DNA of 64,000 nucleotides from a bacterium (GTDB taxonomy: Bacteria > JADJOY01). Below are positions 30,893-40,212 of the stretch, piece by piece. The stretch covers positions 62,001 to 126,000 of the forward strand of contig JAXLQJ010000017.1 of the NCBI GenBank assembly GCA_046331705.1, given 5' to 3'. The position numbers and the translations under genes were made by a program. Every line of letters starts with the position of its first letter. Position 1 is the stretch's first letter. Below the pieces are notes generated by a model, which had not been told where the DNA came from, ran no database searches, and saw only the letters and a program-made list of their open reading frames with translations.

Positions 30893-31776
30893 GCGGCATT
30901 CCTCGACGTCGTGCCGATCGTCGCGCCGCCAGCGCGCTGCTTCTGGACGCGACGCTGCGCCGAGAGTCCCTTGCGGCGGAGCAAGGGCTTCACGCGATCG
31001 GCGATCTGCGGAAACGCGTTCACGACCTTCGCGAGCGACGCCCGGCCGATCGGGATCAGCACCTCCATCGGACGCTCGTCGAGCGCGCGCAGGATCGCCT
31101 GCGCCACGTCCTCCACCGTCAGCACCCGATCGCCCGAGAACGTGAGCGCTGCCTCTTCGTAGTCGACCTGCAGGTCGAGCATGGGCGTCTGGACGGCGTC
31201 CGGGCACACGGTGGTCACGGCGACTCCGAAGCGCGCGAGCTCCTGCGAGACCGCGAGCGAGAACCCGCGCACGGCGAACTTCGACGCGCTGTAGAGGCAG
31301 AGCCCGGGCACCGGCGCGATCGCCGCCAACGACGCGATGTTGACGATGTGCCCCTCGCCCCTCGGCACCATCATGCGTGCCGCGGCGCGGGTGCCGAAGA
31401 TCACACCCTTGGTGTTGACGTCGATGTGCCGATCGACGTCGCTCGCCTCGGTCTCGTGGATGTAGCCCGGACGCAGATAGCCCGCCACGTTGAGCACCAC
31501 GTCGACGCTGCCGAGCTTCGCGACGGCGAGCTCCACGGCGCGCTCCCATTGCGCCGCATTGCGCACGTCGAGCGCCATGAGCATCACGCGATCGGGCTGC
31601 CACGCGTCCGCCTTGGCGGCCGCCTTGAGCTTCTTGAGCTCGAGATCCGTGGCGACCACTCGATGCCCGTGCGCGACGAGCACCCCCACCAGATGCCGCC
31701 CGATGCCGCTCGCGCACCCCGTCACCAGACACACCCGCGCGGGCTCGTTCCTCGCCCTGCTGGATCGCTTCGCCAT
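30865..31776 (-). CDS. SDR family oxidoreductase
   Basis: ATG 31776 after GAGGAG; TGCASGIG, NVAG, NIAS, YSASK. Confidence 0.9.
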   Translation of the reverse strand: MAKRSSRARNEPARVCLVTGCASGIGRHLVGVLVAHGHRVVATDLELKKLKAAAKADAWQPDRVMLMALDVRNAAQWERAVELAVAKLGSVDVVLNVAGYLRPGYIHETEASDVDRHIDVNTKGVIFGTRAAARMMVPRGEGHIVNIASLAAIAPVPGLCLYSASKFAVRGFSLAVSQELARFGVAVTTVCPDAVQTPMLDLQVDYEEAALTFSGDRVLTVEDVAQAILRALDERPMEVLIPIGRASLAKVVNAFPQIADRVKPLLRRKGLSAQRRVQKQRAGGATIGTTSRNAAQRRSTPRA

Positions 31777-31810
31777 CGCCCGCTCCTCGTTCGCCGGTTG
31801 GAGTCGCTGC

Positions 31811-31831
31811 GCCACGGTATGGCCACGGTAT
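31811..31831. promoter_or_regulatory. Direct repeat GCCACGGTAT x2 with 11-bp period
   Basis: Copies at 31811-31820 and 31822-31831 in the divergent SDR/DUF4139 intergenic region. Confidence 0.35.
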
Positions 31832-31887
31832 AGCTCGCGCACCGTACACGGACGTGCGATCATCGCGCCGCCTTCCGCGAGCCCAGC

Positions 31888-34230
31888 ATGCCAAAGCGCG
31901 CGCTTCTCGCCTCGCTCGCGACCGTCGTGCTTCTCGCGACGAACGCTCCCACGTCGCGAGCGGCGCAGCTGGTGCCGAGCGCGATCTCCGGCGTGGTGGT
32001 GCACCCCAACGGCGCCGTCGTCACGCGCTCCGGCACCGTCGATCTCGCCGCCGGCACCCAGACGCTGGTGTTCGCGGAGCTGCCCGCCGCGACGGCGAGC
32101 GACGCCCTGCGCGTGCGGCTCGGCGACGATCCGTCGCTGGCGGAGGTCCTCGGAGTCACCGTGGAGACGATCATCCGCAAGCCCGAGCGCGACGAGGTGT
32201 TCCGGGCCGCCGAGAAGGAGGTGTTCGAGCTCAGGGATCGCCTCGCCGCCGTCGACGTGCGACTCGACGATGCCCAAGGCACGCGCGACACGCTTCGCGG
32301 CTTGCCGATCGACGAGCCGACGATCCGCAAGCCGGAATCCGTGAAGCTCGAGCCCGCGGCGTGGATCGCAGCGTTCGCCCAGATCCGCAACGGCCTCGTC
32401 GACGCCGCGCGAGCGACGGCCGACCTCGAGCGCGATCGTCGCCACCTCCTCGACCGCCTGCGCGATGCCGAGGCGCGGCTCGTGGAGGTGGGCGCCATCC
32501 GCACCGCCAGCCACAAACGAGCCTCGCTCGACGTGCGGGCGAACCACGCCGCGCGCGTGACGCTCGAGCTCTCGTATTTCGTGCCAGGCGCCTCGTGGAC
32601 ACCCGCCTACACCGTCCGCGTGGACCGCGCGGACAGCGTGACGCTGCTGCGGCGTGCTCGCGTCGTGCAGCGCACCGGTGAGGACTGGAGCAAAGTGCCA
32701 CTCTCGTTGAGCACCACCGACCCGTCGTTTCGAGCGGGCCCCGAAGCGCTGCGCTCGTGGCGCATTCGCGAGCGGCCAGCGCCTCCCGAGATCGCGCGGC
32801 CCGCGTTCGCGAAGAGCGTCGCCAGCGGCGCCGACTTGCTGGATGCCGACTCGGGCAACTCGCTCACCGGTTTCTTCCAGCCACCCACGAAATACGTCGG
32901 CGAGAAGATCTCGCTCGACGTGAAGGACGCGCCGATTCGCGACGTGCTCTCGGAGATCGCGAGCCTCACCGGCACCAACCTGGTGCTGGCGGAGGACGTT
33001 CACGGGCGCGTGACCCTGCGGCTCACGGAGGTGCCCTGGGATCAAGTGTTGGAAGAGGTGTTGCGTTCCCGTGGCCTCGCGAAGGTGCGCGAAGGAAATC
33101 TGATCCGCGTTGCGACGCGCGAGTCGCTGGATCGCGAGCAGGAAGCACGGCTCCGCACCCAGGCGCGTTCGAGCAAGCTCGAGCCGGTGCTGCTCAAGAT
33201 CATCCCGGTCCAGTACGCCGTCGCCCGCGCGCTCCTGCCCCAGCTTCGCCGCGTCGCGAGCCACCGCGACGACGCGTCGATCGACGTGGACGACCGCACC
33301 AATTCGCTCATCGTCAAGGACACCGATCGGGCCATCGAGGTCATGACCGATCTCGTGCATTCCCTCGACACGCGCATCTACCCCGACGAGCCTCCGTTCT
33401 GGATGGTGCACGATCTGGCGCCAGCGCTCCTCGCCGACGAGCCATCCGAACGCGCACGCGGATGGCGCGAGCGATTCGACGCGGCGCTCGCCGGTCGCGA
33501 TGCCGGCGCACCGGCTCCAGCACCGCTCTTCCCCGCCGATGCGCCGGAACCGGAGGCGCCGCTCACCGCGCGCGATCGCCGCGTGCCGCAGTTCGTCTTC
33601 GGGCCGACCGCTCCCGTGAGCGTCCCGTCCGACGCACGCGCCCACGAGCTCGTTCTCGGCACCACCACGCTGACGGCGGAGCTCGACTACGAGGTGGCGC
33701 CGCTCGCTCGCGCGGACGCCATCCTCGCCGCGCGCGTGACTCCAACCGAGCAGCCATTCGTCTCCGGCCCCGCCGAGTCGTTCATCGCCGGCGATTACGC
33801 GGGGCGCACCACGTTGCCGGACGCCGTGAGCGGCGAGACCGTGCGGGTTGCCCTCGGCCCCGACCCGCGCCTCGTGGTGCGGCGCATCGAGCGCAAGAGC
33901 CAGGCGGACACCGGCTTCGCGAGCGCCCAGGTCACCGAGACCAGCGACGTCCGGATCGAGATCGAGAACCACGCCGGGACACCGGCTGCAGTGCACCTCG
34001 TCGACCGAGTCCCCTTCACGCTCGACACGCGGCTCGCCATCGACGTGAGCGGTCTCGAGCCGACGCCGCGCGACGACGGCCCGAGCGATCGCGCCCGCGG
34101 CCTGCTCGCCTGGGACCTGCCCGTGCCGTCGGGCGCGACGGCGCGCGCGAGCTATCGGCTCACGATCGAACGACCGCGCGACGGCGCGATCACGCTCACG
34201 CCACAGTCGCCGCGCGAGCCCGCGCCGTGA
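31888..34230 (+). CDS. Secreted DUF4140/DUF4139 (MuiA-like) protein with inserted PilQ-like secretin N0-N1 domains
   Basis: Signal peptide; ISGVVVHPNGAVVTR; coiled coil; ASWTPAY, QRTGEDWSKVPLSLST; insert YVGEKISLDVKDA...VPWDQVL...IIPVQYA...VDDRTNSLIVKD; C-terminal LGPDP...LLAWDL. Confidence 0.85.
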   Translation: MPKRALLASLATVVLLATNAPTSRAAQLVPSAISGVVVHPNGAVVTRSGTVDLAAGTQTLVFAELPAATASDALRVRLGDDPSLAEVLGVTVETIIRKPERDEVFRAAEKEVFELRDRLAAVDVRLDDAQGTRDTLRGLPIDEPTIRKPESVKLEPAAWIAAFAQIRNGLVDAARATADLERDRRHLLDRLRDAEARLVEVGAIRTASHKRASLDVRANHAARVTLELSYFVPGASWTPAYTVRVDRADSVTLLRRARVVQRTGEDWSKVPLSLSTTDPSFRAGPEALRSWRIRERPAPPEIARPAFAKSVASGADLLDADSGNSLTGFFQPPTKYVGEKISLDVKDAPIRDVLSEIASLTGTNLVLAEDVHGRVTLRLTEVPWDQVLEEVLRSRGLAKVREGNLIRVATRESLDREQEARLRTQARSSKLEPVLLKIIPVQYAVARALLPQLRRVASHRDDASIDVDDRTNSLIVKDTDRAIEVMTDLVHSLDTRIYPDEPPFWMVHDLAPALLADEPSERARGWRERFDAALAGRDAGAPAPAPLFPADAPEPEAPLTARDRRVPQFVFGPTAPVSVPSDARAHELVLGTTTLTAELDYEVAPLARADAILAARVTPTEQPFVSGPAESFIAGDYAGRTTLPDAVSGETVRVALGPDPRLVVRRIERKSQADTGFASAQVTETSDVRIEIENHAGTPAAVHLVDRVPFTLDTRLAIDVSGLEPTPRDDGPSDRARGLLAWDLPVPSGATARASYRLTIERPRDGAITLTPQSPREPAP

Positions 34231-35897
34231 GCGCCGCACCGTCCGTCCAGCGACTCGCCGTCGCGTTCGCGCTTGCCCTCGCCCCCGCGCCACGCGCGCT
34301 CGCCGCGCAGCTCGCGTCCCACGCCATCGAGGCCGTGACGGTGCTCGAGGATCGCGCGCTGGTGACACGTTCCGTCGCGACCGCCGTCGAGGCCGGCGCG
34401 AGCACGGTCGAGATCGGCGCGCTGGAGGCTGGGATCGATCCGCTCTCGATCGACGTCTCGAGCGGCGACCGCGAGGTGGCGATCGTCGCCGTCGACCTCG
34501 ATTCGGCCAGCCGCGAGCCGGACGGCGCGGCCAGCGACGAGGCCCGCGCCATCCGCGACGAGGCCGATCGCCTGCTGGAGCGGATCGAACGCCTCGACGC
34601 CGAGCGCAGCGCCCTCGACGACGCGAGCGCCGTGCTGGCACGCTACGAGACGCTCGTCGCGAGCGCGCTCGCCAACGCTGGCAGCGGTTCGGTCGCGATG
34701 GACGCGACGGCGTGGCAGCAGGCGACGCGCTTCCTGAGCGAGCAACGCCAGGCGCTCGCGGGCTCACGTCACCAGCTCGAACGCGACACGAGTGAGCTGC
34801 GCGACCAGTGGAGCCTGAAGCTGGCGGCGGCATTGGAGCGCGGCCGCGCGGCGAGCCGCGAGCACGGCACACGGATCCGCGTCGCCGTCGCCACCGACCG
34901 GGCGCGCACGGTGACGCTCGGGCTGCGCTACGCCGTCGGCGATGCCGGCTGGCGGCCGAGCTACGACGCGCGCGTCACGCCGAGTGGCGCGGTGACGCTG
35001 ACGCAGCGGGCGCTGGTGGCGCAGCGCTCGGGCGTCGATTGGGTGGACGTCGATCTCACGCTCGCGACCCGGCGCGCCGACCGGGACGTCCGGCTCCCGG
35101 CGCTGAGCGCTCTTCGCGCCGACTTCGCGGAACGCGACGAGCCCGAGCGACGGGCGGTCACCTCCACCTCCGAGGCAGTCGTCCCGGATGCGCAGGCGGA
35201 CCACATCCTGGACGCACCGCCCGCGGAGATCACGACGACCGCGCTCGCGGCTCCGTCGGCGCCGAGCGCCGCGGCGGCGCCGCTCGCCTTTCGTCTCGAT
35301 CGACGCGTGACGATTCCCGCGGACGGCTCGCCGCACTCGGTGGTGATCCGCGAGAGCCCGCTCGCGGGCGAGACGCGCCTCTACGCTGCACCCGAGCAGA
35401 GCCTGCTCGCGTACGCCCGTCTCGAGACCCGCAACCCGTTCGCCGAGTCGCTCCTCGACGGTCCGCTGCAGGTGGTGGGCCGCGCGGGTCAGGCGGCTCG
35501 CACCCGCATGCCCGTGCGAGCGCCGGGCGAGGATCTGGAGCTATTCCTCGGAGCCGACGACGCAGTGCGCATCACCCGCACCGAGATCGAGCGCGGCCAG
35601 ACCGTCGCGAACGCGTTGATCGGCGGACGCAAGCGGCTGCGATTCGCGTACCGCGTGAGCGTGCGAAACGTCGGGCGCGACCCGCGCGCCGTGACGATCG
35701 CCGAACGCATCCCGGTCTCCGAGCTCGACGAGATCGAGGTTGCGCTCGAGCCGACCGATCCCGCGACCACCCGCGCCAGCAAGGACGGCATTCTGGAATG
35801 GGATCTCGACCTTTCGCCGGGCGCCACGCGGTCCATCGAGCTGCGCTACACGGTGACGGTTCCCGGCGATTTCGACTGGGACGCGCTGCGTCCTTGA
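34227..35897 (+). CDS. Secreted DUF4140/DUF4139 (MuiA-like) protein
   Basis: GTG overlaps upstream stop; IEAVTVLEDRALVTR, AGWRPSYD, QRSGVDW..V.LTLAT, TIPADG, ERIPVS, GILEW. Confidence 0.85.
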   Translation: MSAAPSVQRLAVAFALALAPAPRALAAQLASHAIEAVTVLEDRALVTRSVATAVEAGASTVEIGALEAGIDPLSIDVSSGDREVAIVAVDLDSASREPDGAASDEARAIRDEADRLLERIERLDAERSALDDASAVLARYETLVASALANAGSGSVAMDATAWQQATRFLSEQRQALAGSRHQLERDTSELRDQWSLKLAAALERGRAASREHGTRIRVAVATDRARTVTLGLRYAVGDAGWRPSYDARVTPSGAVTLTQRALVAQRSGVDWVDVDLTLATRRADRDVRLPALSALRADFAERDEPERRAVTSTSEAVVPDAQADHILDAPPAEITTTALAAPSAPSAAAAPLAFRLDRRVTIPADGSPHSVVIRESPLAGETRLYAAPEQSLLAYARLETRNPFAESLLDGPLQVVGRAGQAARTRMPVRAPGEDLELFLGADDAVRITRTEIERGQTVANALIGGRKRLRFAYRVSVRNVGRDPRAVTIAERIPVSELDEIEVALEPTDPATTRASKDGILEWDLDLSPGATRSIELRYTVTVPGDFDWDALRP

Positions 35898-36092
35898 GCC
35901 GATCCGGCAACGCGTCTCGCCGCTCGCAACCCGCGACGCCGCCGGCGACCGCGCCCTGGCGCGGCTCGAGCGGGCCCGAGCCTCGGCGGACTCGCGGACG
36001 CGATCCATGGCGCGTCGCGTCGGGCGCATGCTAGCGTCGATGAGCGTTCACTCACCGCACGTGATCGAGCCCTCTTCGACGCGGAGCTCCGC

Positions 36093-38078
36093 ATGCCGAC
36101 TCGCCTTCGTTTCCCCACCCTGCGCTCGCTCGCCTTCCTCGTCGCTGGCGCGATCTCCGCGCTGACGGGCTGCAATCCGATCACTCCCGGTGAATGGAGC
36201 ACGAGCGGCGTCGACGCCGAGCTCGGCGCCTTCACCGGACGCCTCGAGATTCGCGACCTGGGCGGCGGCAATCTCGCGGTGGTGCGGCTCGCGACGCTCG
36301 CCGACGTCGCCCACACCGATGGACGCGCCGTGGACGTCGCCTGGACGGGCAAGGCCGTGGCCTCCGAGTCCGGCCAACCGCTGCTGCAGTTCACGCTCAC
36401 GCGCGCGGACTTCATCCCAGCGATCGGCAGCGTGGTGCGCGGCGAGGCGGACAAGACCCCACTCGCCGTCACCGGCACGGTGACCCTCGGCGCCGGCAAC
36501 GCGCTCACCATCCACTACGCCGCCGACGACGACCCGTCGTTCTCGATCGACGAGAGCGCCACCTACGTGGGTGCGCCCGCCGCCGAGCCGATCTTCACCG
36601 ATGCCCGCGTCGTCGCCGAGAGCCACGCGGAGCCGCCCGCGTTTCTCCACGACTTCCTCTTCCAGCTCTTCGCGACCTACTACGAGCTGCCGGCGGTCCA
36701 GCCCTGGACCACGAACCCGGATTTTCAGCGCGCCGTGCACTACATGGTCCACCAGCAGACGGATCTCGCGTACTACCGCGACAACCCGGATCGCTTGCGC
36801 GTGGTGAACAAGATCGTCGATGCGGTGAGCCTCGCCGAGACCGAGATTCGCGCCAACGCGTTCCGCGCCACGTTCCACGAGAAGGCCGACTACTACCAAG
36901 CGATCACCAGCGATCGCTTCCTCACGCCGTTCGGCATGATCGAGAACCGGACCGCGAGCGGTGATCCCCAGCCCGATGGCGACGCGGCGCTCTGGACGGG
37001 CGAATACGGCTGGACGCAGGCGCAGCGCTACAAGGCGACGGGCGACGCCGCCGCGCTCGCCGACCTACGCGCCGTGGTGCGGGCGATGATGACGCTCATG
37101 GACATCACCGGCGATCCCCAGAACTTCGCGCGCACGTTGCGCGCCGCTGGCCCGCCGCTCGGCAACTGGGTGCGCGGCACGGGCGAGTTCGCCGGCCTCG
37201 ACTGGCTGCCCGGCGGCAACAACGACATGGGTCACGGCCTCATCCTGGGGCTCATCGCGGGATGGGACGCGTTGCCCGACGACGATCCACTGCGCCCCGA
37301 GATCGCCGCCCACGCGCTCGGATTGCTCGACCTCTGCGAGTTCGCGAATCCGCGGCCCACGGTGGGCTGCGGCGACCCCGACAACCCGCCCATCTTCCCC
37401 GACGGCGACCCCGGCGAAGCGCTCATCTTCGCCGGCATCGCCAACGACGATCCCGGCAAGATCGACGCCGGTCTCGCGATCCTCAACGATCCGCTGCTCA
37501 CGCTCTACGCCAACGTCGGCGGCGGCCCGATCTACATCTACGGGATCAGCGACTGGAGCGGGAACAACCTCACGCTGGTGGGGCACATCACCCAGCAATG
37601 GCTCCTCGAGCGCACGGCCGACGTGAATCTTCTCGGCATCTGGCGGAATGCCTCCGGCCAGGCGTGGCGCACCTTGCGGACGCTCGAGATGCCCGTGCAC
37701 GCGGCGCTCGCCGCGGGACTGGGCGTGCTCACCCCGGGCGCCGAGCAGGAGGAAGCCACCGAGCAGGCGTTGTGGGGGCTGCGCTCGTTCCCCTTCCCCA
37801 AGCACAGCTACCCCGTCGATTACCGCATCCGCGGCGACTGGGTGCTCTCGCCCTTCCCGTCGCTGCCCTGGAAGCTCGACTGGACCACCGACCCCGGCCG
37901 CATGCAGGGTCTCTTCGGGCACGGTCTCGTCGAGACCTCCGTCGACGCGTACCGCTGGAATGCCGGCCCGCTCGACATCGCCGCCGGCCCGGTGCCGCCG
38001 GACACCACGCCGGGCGTCGACTACCTCTTTCTCTATTGGCTCGCCCGAAGCGGCGGCCTCATCGGATCCGCGGATTGA
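36093..38078 (+). CDS. Uncharacterised lipoprotein, probable alpha-helical toroid C-terminal domain
   Basis: Lipobox LTG-C; beta-rich N-terminal region then helical region (GDAALWTGEY, DITGDPQNFAR, GVDYLFLYWLAR). Confidence 0.75.
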   Translation: MPTRLRFPTLRSLAFLVAGAISALTGCNPITPGEWSTSGVDAELGAFTGRLEIRDLGGGNLAVVRLATLADVAHTDGRAVDVAWTGKAVASESGQPLLQFTLTRADFIPAIGSVVRGEADKTPLAVTGTVTLGAGNALTIHYAADDDPSFSIDESATYVGAPAAEPIFTDARVVAESHAEPPAFLHDFLFQLFATYYELPAVQPWTTNPDFQRAVHYMVHQQTDLAYYRDNPDRLRVVNKIVDAVSLAETEIRANAFRATFHEKADYYQAITSDRFLTPFGMIENRTASGDPQPDGDAALWTGEYGWTQAQRYKATGDAAALADLRAVVRAMMTLMDITGDPQNFARTLRAAGPPLGNWVRGTGEFAGLDWLPGGNNDMGHGLILGLIAGWDALPDDDPLRPEIAAHALGLLDLCEFANPRPTVGCGDPDNPPIFPDGDPGEALIFAGIANDDPGKIDAGLAILNDPLLTLYANVGGGPIYIYGISDWSGNNLTLVGHITQQWLLERTADVNLLGIWRNASGQAWRTLRTLEMPVHAALAAGLGVLTPGAEQEEATEQALWGLRSFPFPKHSYPVDYRIRGDWVLSPFPSLPWKLDWTTDPGRMQGLFGHGLVETSVDAYRWNAGPLDIAAGPVPPDTTPGVDYLFLYWLARSGGLIGSAD

Positions 38079-38300
38079 GCGGCGGGCGAGCCCGGCACGA
38101 ACGTAAGCGCTCACCCTGACGTGGGCCTGACATCGGGGTGCCAGCCTGCGCGGAGCGCGCGCGGGTGGGTGGGCCGCGCGCCGAGCGACGGCTCGAAACG
38201 GCGAGATTCGCGGCCGTATGCTACCCTGGCGCAATTCCCTTCCGTGACCGTGCACCCGACGTCGCGCGCTCGTGCGTGCCGCCGATTCCAAGGAGAAACC

Positions 38301-38726
38301 ATGAAAGTCGGCAGCGAGATCGAAGCGGCGTGCGATGCGTGCAAGAACACCACGCACACGGTCACGTCGGTGACGCACGGCACCACGGCGTCGGTGATGT
38401 GCAACTCCTGTGGCGCGACGCGTCGTTATCTCGCGAGCGTCGACGCGGCGGAGCCGAAGAAGATCGTGGCCGGCGCGGCGAAGCAGACGACGAAGCGCGC
38501 CAAGAAAGCGGAGACCCTGTGGTCGCCGGACAAGAGCCACGTGGATGCGGTCATGTCCCGACCGGTTCGCCCGTACCGGCTGTCGGACTCCTACCGCCTG
38601 GGCGATCGCGTCGAGCACACGACCTTCGGTGTCGGCATCGTCGACGAGATCCTCGGTCCCAACAAGGTCCAGATCTTCTTCCAAACCGGCCATCGCAAGA
38701 TGGCGCAGGGCGCGCCTGTGGCCTGA
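38301..38726 (+). CDS. Zinc-ribbon + PcrA/UvrD-CTD (Tudor-like) domain protein
   Basis: AAGGAG SD; CDAC...CNSC; C-terminal YRLGDRVEHTTFGVGIV...VQIFF. Confidence 0.75.
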   Translation: MKVGSEIEAACDACKNTTHTVTSVTHGTTASVMCNSCGATRRYLASVDAAEPKKIVAGAAKQTTKRAKKAETLWSPDKSHVDAVMSRPVRPYRLSDSYRLGDRVEHTTFGVGIVDEILGPNKVQIFFQTGHRKMAQGAPVA

Positions 38727-38851
38727 ACGGCGGCCGACCTCGCGACGTCGAATCGGCATCGATCGGCGTCACGACCGCGACAGCGGCGGTCGCTCGGCTC
38801 GGCACGCATCCTCGAGAGATCGAGAAAACTCGTCGCAAAAGGAGAAGCGTC

Positions 38852-39256
38852 ATTACCACCAAGGTATTCGTAGGCAATCTCGACTTCCACGCAACCCAAG
38901 CCGACATCACGGCGCTGTTCTCCGAGGCCGGCAGCGTCGTCGACGTCTTTCTGCCGACCGACCGACTCACGGGCAAGCCGCGCGGGTTCGCGTTCGTGGA
39001 ATTCGCGAGCGAGGCGGAGGCGCAAGAAGCCATCCGTCGTTTCAATCAGCACGAGCTCAACGGGCGAAGGCTCAACGTGAACCCGGCCGAAGCCCGCGCC
39101 GCTCGTCCTGGCGGCGGTGGCGGCGGACCGCCGCGCCGCGGCCCGCCAGGCGGCCGGCCGTCGTCTGGGTTCGGACCGCCGCCGAGTCGCGAGCGCGTCC
39201 CCAAGAGCAAGGGCAGCCGCCGCGGCCTGCGCGGCAAGGTCCGCAGCCTGAACTGA
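38852..39256 (+). CDS. RRM RNA-binding protein with Gly/Arg-rich tail (probable ATT start)
   Basis: KVFVGNL (RNP2), RGFAFVEF (RNP1). SD AAAGGAG 7 nt before ATT 38852; no in-frame ATG/GTG/TTG after the upstream gene. Confidence 0.9.
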   Translation: MTTKVFVGNLDFHATQADITALFSEAGSVVDVFLPTDRLTGKPRGFAFVEFASEAEAQEAIRRFNQHELNGRRLNVNPAEARAARPGGGGGGPPRRGPPGGRPSSGFGPPPSRERVPKSKGSRRGLRGKVRSLN

Positions 39257-39265
39257 CGCTCGCCG

Positions 39266-39299
39266 TCTCCCGACCGCGTCGCTCGACGCGGTCGGGAGA
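39266..39299. terminator. Long perfect hairpin between convergent genes
   Basis: TCTCCCGACCGCGTCG-CT-CGACGCGGTCGGGAGA, starting 10 nt after the RRM stop. Confidence 0.65.
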
Positions 39300-39334
39300 T
39301 CACGAACGATCGTAACCCGCCGCTGAAGCGACGC

Positions 39335-39622
39335 TCAGCGGCCCGCCGTCCGACGACCTGGCCCCGAGCCGATCTCGGCCTCGAGCCCGAACAGCGCCAG
39401 GTACTTGGCGACCCGCTCGTCCAGCGTCGGCGCGTCGATCGCCTCGCAGATCTCGTCCACCTTGTGGTCGCGACAGATCTGCGGGCGGCTCTCGTAGACG
39501 GCGCACAGGTTGTCCGCCATCAGATGCGGACACCGCACCCCCACCGCCTTCCCCAGCGCCGAGATGTCCGGCGCCACGCAGCAAGCCCCACACTTCGAGC
39601 ACTCCCGCTGGACGAGGGTCAT
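39335..39622 (-). CDS. YkgJ family CxxCxxCC cysteine-cluster protein
   Basis: CSKCGACC, CPHL, CAVYESRPQICR; ATGA overlap with upstream stop. Confidence 0.85.
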   Translation of the reverse strand: MTLVQRECSKCGACCVAPDISALGKAVGVRCPHLMADNLCAVYESRPQICRDHKVDEICEAIDAPTLDERVAKYLALFGLEAEIGSGPGRRTAGR

Positions 39623-40212
39623 GAGGTCCACGCATCGAACGTGCGGGTGAGGTGCCCGCGCCCACGGACTCTCCGGGCGATCGCCTGCCATCCGCGCGGG
39701 CAGCTGCCGTGTCCTGACATGCCCAAGGATTGAACCCGCTCGCCCCACCGAAACGGACGGCGGTTCCGCACCAGGGAATCGGCGGCCGGCCGAAACCACA
39801 CCTCGCCCACACGTCCGAGATCTCGCGTGCCGACGAGCACGTCGTCCGCATCCCGCACCGTGATCGTCGGGCCTGACGTGCGCCCGCGCCATTCGAGCGC
39901 GTGCTCGTGCGCCACGATCGTCACGTCGCGATCACCGCGTCGGTCGGCCTCGAAGGCGAACTCGTCCTGAAACAGCGCGAGCGGGAATCTCCGATGGGCG
40001 ACGAGCGCCCGAGCCGAGCCGTGCTCACCGTGATGCCAAACGAGCGGCGGCGGCCGGCGCGGCAGCGTGGGTGGTCGCTCGACCGATAGCGCCTCCACCA
40101 CCAGCGCGTCCGCGCCAACGGCCGGCACGAGACTGGCGAGCATCGCCAGCAGGATCCGCGATCGCCGACGAGCCCGCCGGACTTCGAGGTGCGCGGGGGC
40201 GATGGTGGTCAT
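39619..40212 (-). CDS. Hypothetical protein with N-terminal hydrophobic segment
   Basis: Fills the gap exactly, with ATGA overlaps at both ends; no family recognised. Confidence 0.55.
   Translation of the reverse strand: MTTIAPAHLEVRRARRRSRILLAMLASLVPAVGADALVVEALSVERPPTLPRRPPPLVWHHGEHGSARALVAHRRFPLALFQDEFAFEADRRGDRDVTIVAHEHALEWRGRTSGPTITVRDADDVLVGTRDLGRVGEVWFRPAADSLVRNRRPFRWGERVQSLGMSGHGSCPRGWQAIARRVRGRGHLTRTFDAWTS

Noticed and set aside
32890-33380. Calling 31888-34230 a pilQ secretin gene
   Set aside because: No AMIN domains and no secretin beta-barrel; flanks are DUF4140/DUF4139.
31777-34872. 1335-aa ORF suggesting a giant SDR fusion
   Set aside because: The upstream part is antisense to the DUF4139 genes; the SDR has its own SD and ATG at 31776.
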